Of a stretch of 64,000 nt of DNA, positions 50,772-62,987 are shown piece by piece. The translations under genes were made by a program, and so were the position numbers. The DNA is taken from the NCBI GenBank assembly GCA_964016885.1, contig OZ024741.1:312976001-313040000 (forward strand), written 5' to 3'. The stretch is from Eledone cirrhosa. Its lineage: Eukaryota. A model generated the notes under the pieces. It saw only the letters and a list, made by a program, of their open reading frames with translations, was not told the origin of the DNA and ran no database searches. Position 1 is the stretch's first letter; each line of letters opens with the position of its first letter.

Positions 50772-53700
50772 CAGTAATAGAATACTGTCATACTTTTACT
50801 ATTTGGTGTAGATATCTGAAAAGAGTCCAATTGTTGATTTTTTTCCACGTTGTGCCACCGCAACTTGGCCATTTGTATGTTTTTCGTCAATTCTAGGAGA
50901 ATACAAGCTAGATCAAACAAAACTGCATTTTTGCTTCACATTGAAGAGTTAGTCAGGGCTCAGTCTCACTAGCAAGCGGTCATGATGTTTTCCTAAATAC
51001 ACTATGGTGCTTCATGTCTAGCTTTCTGTCTACTTTATTTCTCTCGATTGCTTTTCCTTCGCTACACCCGAAGGATTATATGGTAAACGTCATTTTCATG
51101 GGAATCACCCTTTGTTGTTGACGATTGTGTTTGTCAAGGGTCAACTATTTCCGCACACCAGTCATCTATGTAGTGGGGGACTTTTGATTTGTGGACATTA
51201 TCACTATCATCTACTCTGCAGCCAATTTAGATACTCTATGAATGACCAGCTGTTATTTTAACAGGTCTACACTGGTACATCCAGGATATCCACTCGGTAC
51301 TTGTCAGCTAGTTGGAAGTGAGTGAGCTTTTTTAGGCTGTTCCCCTGTCTGCTAGTCTTTACAGACACAACATGCATTCAAGACCCCTTTCCTGTAGCTC
51401 ATCTACTTATATATATAACCAGCAATTTCTCTGTATGCCTGTCCGACAGTGGAAACACGTGCGTAGAGAGAGAGTGAGAGTGAAATAAAGAGACAGACTA
51501 CGAGAGGGGGATAGCGGGAGGGAGATAGAGAGAGAGTGAATAGACGCTAAAACACGTGCAGAGGGAATCGCTGGTTGCTATAGCGAGACCTTGCACAAGC
51601 CAGAAGTAACCAGTTCGAGGCGGCTCTGACTTCACACCATGCGAAGAAGGTTTGGCATTGAATTTGTGGTTGTTGCTGCTGATAATAAGGACCATTTGAA
51701 GAAGGTTGCTGCTGATGAGGTAATTTATTAATCAGATTGCGCAGTTCCATAACCTACGTTTGATTTGTTCAATTTTTTTTGTTTGCTTTTTTATTTCTTA
51801 TTGAAAAAATATAAATAATAAAAGAAGGTTAGAAATTTAAATACAATTAAATACGATTTAATTTCCATTTCCAGCAGCCAATGTCCAGTGTTCAATTTCA
51901 TGAAAAAATTGGAAATAATTCAAAAAATTGAAGTTTAACTTTTGAACATTTGTTTTGACAATAACAAAATATTTCCTTATTCACACCTAATGGTATGATT
52001 AAAATTTCATTAAAATTTGAATATTTTTTTCTAACCGACAGTTATTTAAATATTATTAAAAATAATTTTTTTTTTTTAAAGAATGGAAGATTTTGTGGAT
52101 TTGTTTACCACCTTCCAAGCCTTAAACACTAATTCTCGCGAATTTGTGTTTTGTAACGACCCTCAGGACGCTGCTATTGTTGATTCCAATAGTGCCTGGT
52201 ATTAGAATATGTTAGTATACAATTTTTTGAATAAAATTAAGGCGCAATTAGAGCTGCCAAACAAAATTCTTTTCGGCTTTGGCCCATATTGTATATATAT
52301 ATAATGGGGATGATGATGATGATATACATAGTTACATATGTATATGTAATCTCCGTATAATATATAACCAGCAATTTCTCTGTCTGTCTGTCCGACAGTG
52401 GAAACACGTGCGCGCGTGCGAATGTTTTTTGCGCACGCGTAGATAGAGAGTGAGAGTAAAAGAAAGAGACAGATTACAAGAGGGGGATAGCGGGAGGGAA
52501 AGAGGGGGAATTGAGGAGTGCTACAGAAACATATATACATTTCTGTGTGTGTGTAATATATATATATATACACACACAGAAATATATATATATACACACA
52601 GAAATATATATACATTTCTGTGTGTGTAATATATATATATATACACACAGAAATATATATACATTTCTGTGTGTGTAATATATATATATATATATACACA
52701 CAGAAATATATATACATTTCTGTGTGTGTAATATATATATATACTAGCAGAAAACCACCCGTGGATGGTTTTCTGCTAGTCTATATATATAAAACTGAGG
52801 GTGTCTGTGTGTGTGTGAGTTTGAATCCCTAAAACTAGAGAACCACTAAACCGACTATTTTCAAACTTTACACATCTAATACTTATGTTTCGGGGAGTGT
52901 TCTGAGCAAAAACAATTTCAAATTGTCAATGCCCTAGGGACCGCATTAGGCGATTTAGCGATCTCTCTCTATAATTCTTAGTCTTTCTCTTTTTAGGTAG
53001 ATACATACATATAATGTCGCGCCCTTATAAAATCTGTCTGTATGTCTGGCTGTCTGCATTACGTCACTTCCTACAATTCGCTCTGCATCCAGAACGCGCC
53101 CTTCTAATGTCTGTATGTATGTATGTCTGTCAGCTGCCTCCGGTTATTCTGCCACCCTTGATCAAAACATATCTCACACTCATTCCCCAAACAGTTGGTA
53201 AGTGCACACAACTTCTTCCTTACGTTTTAAGCCACAGTGTTGCTTACTTACGTACCACCAGACACTTACTTCTTTGCCAGCCGTGGTTGTGGCAATACTA
53301 AGCTTAGCTAAGGCGTTTATATATTTCACAATACCTTATCCCGTGCAACGCCGGGTACCACTGCTAGTTAATAATAAGAGAACCTTTTATTAGAATGTTG
53401 AACCTTTATTGGAAAGTTGTCCCTTTCAGAGCTCTGACGGCCTCTAGCCCGAATGCATGTCCTTCGCTGTTGATCACGTCCAGCTCCATCGACATATCAT
53501 CTGGGTCCAGGAGTGGGGTTCATATCATGAAATATGATCTTTTTCAAAACAACATGAAGACTCCCGTACCCTATTCTGGACATCTTCGAGATATGCACGC
53601 CTCATAGCGACCAGAAATGCGTACTAAATCTTGAGGTCCGTACATTCTGATTAAGCCCATGTAAACTACGTCTATATTTAGCGAACTGAGGCCGTTGAAC

Positions 53701-54720
53701 AGGTGACACTGCTTCGAACGTAACCCAGCATATATATTTTACATCACCTAATCTGAGTAAAGTTATGATTGAAGAAACGAAATGTGATAAAGAGCACACA
53801 CCTCTTTTTGCGTGGAAGGGTGCCTTGTTCTTCCTTCGGATAATGTCTTACAAATCACCAAGTGTACGTTTAGTAATATTTCCCTGTAAATAACCTACTT
53901 CATTTGGGTATTTGGTTTTTGGTGTGTGTAAATATCTTAGTAGAAACAATTATTTGTATATGATTGGCAGTATCAGTAGAGGGTCGGACGCCATGCTTCG
54001 TAGCATAGAGTTACGTCCCTTTATGGTCTGCGTTCAAATCCCGCTGCAGTTAACTTTGCCTTTCATCGTTACACAGACGATAAAAAAGTATCAGTAATGC
54101 ACTGGGATAATTGCTGGCCTTGTGCCAAAAGTAGAAACAATTATTTGTATAATCTCCGTTTGTTAGTATAGCGACATTGGTGTTGTGAAATTTACTTGTT
54201 CTGTGTTTGTATGTATTTGTATATTCTTCATTAAGTCCGCTTTCTTTGAGCTTATGGCCATGAGATTTGTAACCTTAGATTTTGTTAGGTTTGGTTTTGC
54301 TTTTTGTTATTGTATTTTGTAAATTTAGCTGTATTTACGGTATTTGTGATTTGTTGGTGTCTCTGGCCGTGGTGAGGCTGGATTTCTTTTTGTGAATTGT
54401 TTCCCCCTATGGCCATTTCTCTTGTCCATGTTGTCTTTAATTGAGTATTCATCATCATATTTTAATCTTTCGTCTTCTCAGTTTGATTATAGTTGTACAC
54501 CTCTAATATTTCTCAGACTGGCCGCACGTCATGTATTTTAGGAGAAGAATGGGACTAGTATCCTTTACGTGCGTCCATGCAGCTCAAATGAAGCAGTTGG
54601 CTTTTCTGATCTCCATTGCTATGATGCATTGATGCTACCAAAGATATGAATTTGGTCGTCAACTATTTTTTGGCGTGTCTGAATGTGGATTATCATGCTC
54701 ATCCCAGTCCTGACCTCCTT
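50772..54720 (-). repeat. Second copy of the 29100-30975 segment, split by a Helitron
   Basis: Collinear similarity, including the nested SINE (~53960-54145) and the downstream TTTCTCAGACT.GCCGCACG... block. Confidence 0.85.
51402..53367 (+). mobile_element. Non-autonomous composite Helitron
   Basis: Starts TC after host A. Ends with hairpin CCCGTGCAACGCCGGG (53340-53355) then CTAG (53364-53367) before host T. No TSD. The empty site GTCA|TTAATAATAAGAG is at ~29788. Confidence 0.9.
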
Positions 54721-56560
54721 TTCAATCAAATCACATAGATACCCCTCTTTTTCAATAGGCACACTATCAAACTATCTTACTCTACTACTATGAATATAGC
54801 ACAAAATACTAATAGACTTAATAATAGAACCTGAAAATTAAACCCAAACCAAATAAACCATAATAGCAATAATAATATTATTAACTAGCAGTGTATCACG
54901 GCGTTGCACGGGTAAGAACAGTGGTAATAGCACCTCCAATAAGAAACGTGTATTTGTGACTGCCTGTTAAAAACTCACGAAAATATACCGACAGGAAACT
55001 TGTTTTATTTGGAGAAAATTAAGAAGTTGAAAGTACAGTTTAGCTGTCTACGTACATTGTTCATAGAAACATTGTTGAGGCCCTTCTTTTCATACTCCTC
55101 TGTTCTGGCCTATTGGTGTAAATGTGAAAGAGAAAGTTACAGGTTAAGTTGGCAGAAGGTTCCAGTGCAATAGCAATAAGGCGAAGGCTACTTACCTCAA
55201 AAGTTCATTCGGACTCTTTTCACTTAGTTACTCTTTCTATCTATCCCTCTCAGTGCAGTCCCTTGCGAACTTCTCACGTAGGCCTGGTGTAGGTTTGCAC
55301 CCGATCCATCTGCCCGATGCACATGTGCGCTTTGTACGGCTTTTGGAGGAAGGAGTGACCAGCAATACGTTGTTCTGTATTATTACGAAAAGGTGTAGCA
55401 GAGAATGCCGCGTGAAGTAACAGCTCGGGAGGAAACTGTTTACCTCGAATATTCATTCGCCTTCGTTCTTGTCAACGCACCGTTTAGTTGGTATTTGTTG
55501 TTCTACAGTTAGATGAATGGTGCACAAAGGGTTAATGTTTATTGGCAAGAAGTGGCAACTGGGCTGGCTTGCCTCGCTTATATTATATATTAAAATAACA
55601 GATTAAAGTTTAAGCAAAGAATCACTGCTTTCACCCTTAACAGGATCTTCTGAAACCAAAAGAATCAATCTTTGAACGCAGAAGTAAATATTTCGAAAAA
55701 CGTTGCAACGGAAGGAAAAAAGGAAGACGATACTTTGGTTCGTGAAGACGTTCCCTGGCAATGAACAGAAAATAGCGAACATAATACGTCATCGATGTTT
55801 GTCATAATGTCGTAATGCAGACAGACAGCCAGACATACAGACAGATATTATAAGGGTACGACGGAGATCGATAACAGGCGTCTACCACCCTTTTAACAAC
55901 AGAAAATTGAAAAATAAAGCTGCAATTAATATCTTTAGACCGCAAGGAATATATAAATGTAAGTTCGAAGTCAATCGGGGTAGAAATGTGGATTTGTATA
56001 GACTTTGCAAAAATGAGGATACACACACACACGCAGACAACTACATTTCTTGTATGTATGTATAGATAACAATACTAATAATAATCGTACCGTTCCTATA
56101 GACGACAACTCTAGAAAATGTAACTGTAGAAACAAATTAAGTTTCCCTTTACAGAATAATTGTCTAGATAATAATTTAGTATACGAATGCACAGTAATAA
56201 CTGGAGATAAATTATATAACTATATAGGAGCCACTTCTACAAAATTGAAGGAACGCTGATATAATCACAAACACACATTTAATAGATCAGACAAAAAATT
56301 CTAAACATCACTTTCACATCTAATTTGGTACTTAAAAGACAATAATATTGACTATTCAATCTCTTGAAGAACGATTTGGAAAGCGCCCGCATACCGAAAT
56401 ATGGCTCTCTCAAGAATTTGTCATTTATGTATTGAAGAAATATTTCACATTATTACCAGTCAAAAAACGCTATAAACAAAACGAAAGAATTATTTAACTC
56501 TTGCAGGCGTCGTAAGTCTAAAACTTTTAGAAATATCTATAATCTATAGAAAATATTATT
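54720..56560 (+). mobile_element. Penelope-like element remnant (GIY-YIG endonuclease), split by a Helitron
   Basis: HTIKLSYSTTMNI at ~54760-54800; after the insertion, CNCRNK..FPLQNNCL..NLVYEC.V....YIGATSTKLKER..NH and a later CHLC. Confidence 0.78.
54885..56066 (-). mobile_element. Non-autonomous Helitron
   Basis: On the - strand it starts TCTATAC (56066) and ends CCCGTGCAACGCCGTG.ATACACTGCTAG (54885), between A and T. It shares a block (55810-55862) with 53015-53065. Confidence 0.82.
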
Positions 56561-57654
56561 TATAGCCTCTACATCTCACCTATTTACATTTTATATGTCT
56601 TCGCCGTGCTTTGTTGGGGTTTTTTTGTGATGTTTTTAAATGACATATTTTAATGTATATTTTGTGATGTTTTTAATGATATTCTTGAATATACTTTGGA
56701 TGTCTGTTGAATTTCTTCCTAATAGACTCTATAGGCATTGTAAATGCATACATACAAATACATAATATCATTAAACATATGCATAGATATAAGTAATGTT
56801 ATCAAAATACATACAACAATGTTTATCCTAGAAAGTATGTAATATATGATTCTATAAAATCATATATAAAATAATTTGTCCATACATTACAATTAAAATA
56901 TTATTTAGAAATAAATTCTAGAATAAACGGTAAATATAACTTAACTATTTAAACTATGAAATATTAGCGTTACCTTTTCCTTTGAAATGAAGCACGCTTA
57001 CAGATTTTATCTCAGTAACAGGTAAACTTTACATAAATATGAGAATTTATTAAAATTTCCTAAATCTATTCCTATCTTTATGCACTATTGAATATACAAA
57101 ATAGTGTACATCTACTATACTAAAATAGAACTACTTCGATTTTCTTAAAAATTATATTGAAAATGTAAACCAAAATTATCGTAACTCTTCATATATAAAA
57201 CAAATATATAAATTATCTATCTATTAAATAAAAAAAATATATACTCACCAAAACTATTTATATATATATATATAACTAGCGCTGTCGTAATATATTAAAA
57301 TAAAATATACCTACAACTGTAATGTCCTTAAAATATACTTATAAATACTATCTTTATAATATTAAAACACACCAATAGAATAAACCAATCGTATATATAC
57401 ATACAATATATCTCTCACATTTTATATTAATATTCTCTCACTATAACGCATTTATAATTAACACATTATATTATAAATTCTCCCAAAATATATAGTTAAA
57501 TAATAAAATAAATAAAAATAAATATAATTATTTCACTCTCTCTACACCCTCACACACATGCTCCATACAGTAATATACATATATTCATATTAATAGACTA
57601 TTATTAACTTTAATATTTTTTTTTTTTAAATCTTTCCATAATTTTTCTTCCAAC

Positions 57655-57845
57655 CTAATAAGTGTTTCTACTTTTGGCCCAAGGCCAGCAATTACCCAGT
57701 ACATTACTGGTACTTTATTTTATCGACCCCGTAAGGATGAAAGGCAAAGTTAACCTTGGCGGGATTTGAACTCAGACCATAAAGAGACGTAACTATGCTG
57801 GAAAGCATGACGTCCGACTCTCTACCGATACTGCCAACCACCCTA
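57655..57845 (-). mobile_element. SINE copy, full length
   Basis: Reverse complement of the 353-527 SINE; CCTAATA on both sides. Confidence 0.87.
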
Positions 57846-58167
57846 ATAATAACATCTATTTCCTTTTCCTTTAAAAAAATAATCCTAATAATTATTTTAA
57901 TTTACCTAGCGTCTAAACATAAATATCTTTTTCAATTATAACGATATCCTTATTAGCATATTCATCCTATGATTTGAAGTTCTTCTCTATTCAAAGAAAA
58001 CTCAAAACGTTAAGTTCTAGTTTTGAATATGTCACTATCTGTAAAATATTATATGACTCCAGTTCCTCAGTGAATTAACAACCCAACAAGGAACTGGGCA
58101 TATCAGAGTATTGACAATATTATACACCTAAACAACATATGTACTTGTCTATACCATACTAATTCAA

Positions 58168-58222
58168 ACTGCCTGAAGAGGTCACAGCCAAAGATGGCTG
58201 TCACTGAAATATATATAGCAGT
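58168..58222 (+). ncRNA. Minimal type I hammerhead ribozyme (Penelope pLTR type)
   Basis: Stem I ACTGC/GCAGT; core CTGAAGA; stem II GGTCACAGCCA/TGGCTGTCACT (one mismatch); GAAA; palindromic TATATA; TA cleavage site. Confidence 0.8.
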
Positions 58223-58368
58223 AATAAACGAAGCTAAATTTTAATCATTTGACTGTTATTTAACTTTATTTTACACTACTCCTGAGTAACCAAACCAACC
58301 TGCGCACTTCGTCGAGTACTCCAGCCTGCATACTGAGGTGTTGGTATACAACCAACATAAACTCAAAA

Positions 58369-58402
<34 letters not shown>

Positions 58403-58443
58403 CGATATGAACAAATTGAAACTATATTTATAAAACCATATTT

Positions 58444-58506
58444 ATTTCATTATACATATTTCAAGAACACCAAGTTAAATTATGGTGTGCTTTCATCAGA
58501 TAAAAT
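58444..58506 (-). ncRNA. Minimal hammerhead ribozyme motif
   Basis: Reverse complement: ATTTTAT-CTGATGA-AAGCACACCA..TGGTGTTCTT-GAAA-TATGTA-TA-ATGAAAT. Confidence 0.72.
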
Positions 58507-59376
58507 ATAATATAGAGCAGTTTTAAGAATAAATATTGACATACCCTTAAAGAATGCAACCATTACTGTTGGAAGCTCCCGGATAGTGGGGTTATAACTT
58601 TATTTATACTATTATGTAAATTAGTATTGGATATTTTTTAAATAAGCCGTTGGGTTACGGAGAAAAAGAAGGAGAGAGAGAGGGAAGAACGAGAAGGAGA
58701 AAAAAAAAGAGAGAGAAAGGAGAAAGAGAAGAGAGAGCGAAGAGAGAGCGAAACTCTAAGTGATAGGTTGTTGAGTTGTCTTAACATTTGAGATGAAGTG
58801 AAAGAATAAATAAATATTTATTTTTTATGGATGAATAGAGAGATTTATATAATCGTGAATGGAAAATACATATATAATATGAGAATTTTAGATATGATTA
58901 AATGTTTAGTTTATCATTTAAATTATTGAGATCTATACATTAAGATTTGAGATCTATATATTAAGAAATCTATATATTATTATTAAGACTATATATTATT
59001 AAAAAAATCTATATATTATTAGAAGAATATATTCATATATATACACACGCAGGCACAGATATACATACATATAAATATATATACACGTATAAATACATAT
59101 ACATATATATCTACGTACATAATATATACATACAAAATATAAAGGATTTTTTAATTTAAGATATAGGAATTTTTCTTAAACTTATAGATTTTTTGTAGAA
59201 AATCTTATAAAATCAGAGAAAAACATTTCTATGTAATATAAAAGCAGCGTGGAGGAGATTACGTTATTTAGTTATATAAATGTTACAATTGTTAAGATAC
59301 TAAAGGACATTTTAAAGATATATAAATGTTATTTCAAAGCATATTTTTAAGATATATAAATGTTATTTCAAAGCAT

Positions 59377-59439
59377 ATTTTATCTGATGAAAGCACACCA
59401 TAATTTAACTTGGTGTCCTTGAAATATGTATAATGAAAT
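59377..59439 (+). ncRNA. Minimal hammerhead ribozyme motif
   Basis: ATTTTAT-CTGATGA-AAGCACACCA..TGGTGTCCTT-GAAA-TATGTA-TA-ATGAAAT. Confidence 0.72.
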
Positions 59440-59599
59440 AAATATGGTTTTATAAATATAGTTTCCATTTGTTAATATCGTATTTTTACTCCAATTATTT
59501 GTTATCCGTTATAAAAATATTTGCTTGTTGTATCCCAACAATTTAAATTGAATTTTCACAGCCGGATGGCTGAAACAGGTAAAAGAGTAAAAGAGTATA

Positions 59600-61925
59600 T
59601 ACAATATATTAATAAATGGAAACTATATTTATAAAACCATATTTATTTTATTATATATATTTCAAAGGCAACCAAGGCAAATTATGGTGCGCTTTCAACA
59701 GATAAAATACGAATTTGTTTTATAAATAAATATTGACATACCCGGAAAAAAGACAACCTTAACGGTTGGAGCTTCCTGAATAGTGGAGATAATATATTTT
59801 ATTGAGGGTAATACAAAGTTATGAGTGAGTATGCAAATGAGTGTCCGAAAAGTTGAAAAGATAACGGTTTATTTAAATTAAACTGTTGGAAGAAGATGAT
59901 ATGTGAGGGAGAGAGAAAAGAAAATGAAGGAGAAAGAGAGAAGAGGAAAGAAAGAACGATTATACATAGTGATAGTGAAGATAGTCAGAGTGAACGAAGA
60001 AATACATTTTCCACAGACTTCAAATCTCGTTTCAATAACCATAAATGTTCCTTTACGAATATTGGTAAAAAATGATCAACTTCTCTATCCCACTTATTAT
60101 AGAACTTAAAATCCAAGAATATTAACTATTCTTTATCTTGGGAAATTATCTCCATCATACACAGCTCTATCCAAAAATTGCTCCCTTTGCGTTGAAGAAA
60201 TATTTTTTATACTAAAAAGTAAGAACTCTATTAATTTGCGTAATAATTTATTTAGTTCTTGTAAACATCGTTTAAACTCAACTTTTAGATATATATATAA
60301 AATGTAATATATGGTTAATCTCCTTTACATAATGTTTTCTATATCCAACCACCTACAACTTCATCCTTCAGATTATATCTATATATGATTCATATATATT
60401 TAATTTACTTTCTATTATCTCTACCTCATAAATATACTTTATATTATTACACGTATCAATAGATTATAACCTTTTTTTATATGACTACTTGAAATACTTT
60501 TCAAAGACTTTCTGAAGGTTTTAGAAAATTCTTTTAGAAAATTCTTTGAAAGTTCCTTTGAAAGTTCCTAGAAAGATATAGAAAATACATTATTTTCATA
60601 TCTTCCAATATTTTATATCTTCAAACATGTTTAATATATATCCAAATATTTATATATATGTGGAATAACATGATTTTTATATATATGTGGAATAACCTAT
60701 GGTTTATTCCACTATATTCTTAAGATGCATTTTAAAAACTTTATAACAACTATGACTTCTTAGAAAATAACCTATGGTTTATGTTTTAATTATATTCTTA
60801 AGATAAATTTATGCCTTGTTATAAAATAACATTTGTTTGATGTTTTATTTATATGCTTAAGATAAAAATGTTTAACTTTATAAAATTTATGGCTTCTCAT
60901 AAAACATTTATTGAAAAAAAAAAAAAAAAGATTTTTCTTTGAAAGGATTTTTTATGTATACATGGAGTCATTTGAGTTCTTAAAAAATCACGTCTAACTT
61001 CCTTTATACTTCCTTACTGTTTTTATAATATAATTAAGTAGTTATTCCTTTGTAAACTCTCGTAAATATTAATAAATTTAGAATTATTTGGATGTTTAAG
61101 TTTTGACTTACAACTATTAATAAATATAATTTTGCCAAACTTACTTTAATAAAATAAACTATACTAGATTTTCTCTAATGTAAAATACTATATATTTATT
61201 TAAATAATTTATAATCAATAACATACACATCTAAACCAATATATTATTACTAATACATCTTAATATAATATAAATACCTCTGTTTTAATTTTAATTTTTA
61301 ATTTTTAATATTAATATTATATAACATTTTTAATATTAAGGTAAATTTTAATCTTTAATTTTTATTTTTATTTTTTATTTTAATTTAATGTTTCAACTTA
61401 TCATTATAAATATTATAATCACAACCTAATTTGACCCTACATTCTAAATATTCTTCTTCCACGTTAATCATATTTCTTCTTTCACTTCTTCTTTTACTTA
61501 GATATATTTACGCTCTGTATATTTTTCCATTAAAATTTATTTCTTCGTCCACTATTACTATGTATAATCGTTCTTTCTTTCCCCTTCTCTCTTTCTCCTT
61601 CCATTTCTTTTCTCTCTCCCTTACATATCATCTTCTTCCAACAGTTTGATTTAAATAAACCGTTATCTTTTCAACTTTTCGGACATTCATTTGCATACTC
61701 ACTCATAACTTTGTATTACCCTCAATAAAATATTATCTCCACTATCCAGGAAGCTCCAACCGTTAAGGTTGTCTTTTTTCCGTGTATGTCAATATTTATT
61801 TATAAAACAAATCTGTATTTTATCTGATGAACGCGCGCCATAATTTGCCTTGGTTGCCCTTGAAATATATATAATAAAATAAATATGGTTTTATAAATAT
61901 AGTTTCCATTTATTAATATATTGTG
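59600..61925 (+). mobile_element. Penelope-like non-autonomous element bounded by ~380-bp inverted repeats (59600-59980 / 61545-61925)
   Basis: The arms are reverse complements and each carries a hammerhead motif (59645-59708 -, core mutated to CTGTTGA; 61817-61880 +). The internal 60020-60300 resembles the GIY-YIG C-terminus at 56250-56540. Confidence 0.75.
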
Positions 61926-62012
61926 TATTTACTCCACTAAACTGTTGAGTGCTTCATATAGGTTATAAAAATATTTAAGCTTCTTGAATCCCAAAAATTT
62001 TAATATTACCTC

Positions 62013-62062
<50 letters not shown>

Positions 62063-62496
62063 AGTATGTATGTATACGTACATACATATATGTATACATA
62101 CGTACACTAGTATGTATACATACATGCACACATATATATATATATATGCACGTATCAGTTTACCGAACATTTATCATAATGGTCGGTTTGTTTGTAAACA
62201 AACAAACAGCCCGAATTACGCCGTACAGTGTTTAGGCAACTACGTCACCTTTTTGTTTAACACTGACACAGGAACGATGTACTAATTTCAAGCGTATTAG
62301 CTCTAGTCAGCATCGTATACCTTCCTGCAAGATGATTGAACGTCTGAAAGTATATACTTTCCTTATACATATTAACGGCTGAGCATCCTAATTTGCATAT
62401 CGGGTGAGCTTAGGCGGCCGGGCGCACAGAAAACGATAAATGGAATAGAATGAAACGAAATTTCATTTCTCACTCTTAGTACGCAGTTACTTAAAT

Positions 62497-62830
62497 GTAA
62501 GTATGTATGTATGTATACGTACATACATATATGTATACAGACGTACAACCCTTAAAATCACTAAAATAAAACGCCTACGCAGCGGCTAAACATCAAACGA
62601 TTATTTTTGTATAAATAGAGTGATTCCAAACACTTTCGCCAGTCGACTTTGGCAGAGTCAGCTCGCGTATCGTTGTTCTTCTCTTCTGGCCGCTTGTCAC
62701 TCACACACGCCTTGTACCTCTGTATCGTCGCTTCATGTATGAAAATAAATAGTTGACCGAAACTAATCTCTCGCCTTGCTCTCCTTTCAACTCATGCTTT
62801 CGTTTGTTCATCCTTACCGTATGTGACAAC
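62497..62830 (+). repeat. Possible LTR of the downstream Gypsy element
   Basis: TG...CA boundaries with internal TATAAATA and AATAAA. No second LTR or PBS is visible. Confidence 0.35.
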
Positions 62831-62987
62831 AGTCCTTTTAAGGGCTATCCACAGATCCGATCAGACCGTATCCGATAACATTCCTTTTAAGGGCTATTCT
62901 CGGATCCACTCAGAAGTAGGACCAGACCCACTAATCAAGTCCGTGATTCGAACATGCAACCAGACATCAACCTAACAAGATATCAAC

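Noticed and set aside
51547-51750. Gln-rich ORF as a captured host exon in the Helitron
   Set aside because: Short and low-complexity, with no recognisable domain or clear splice context.
52530-52742. CRISPR-like repeat array
   Set aside because: No unique spacers or cas genes; it is a microsatellite-derived tandem repeat in eukaryotic context.
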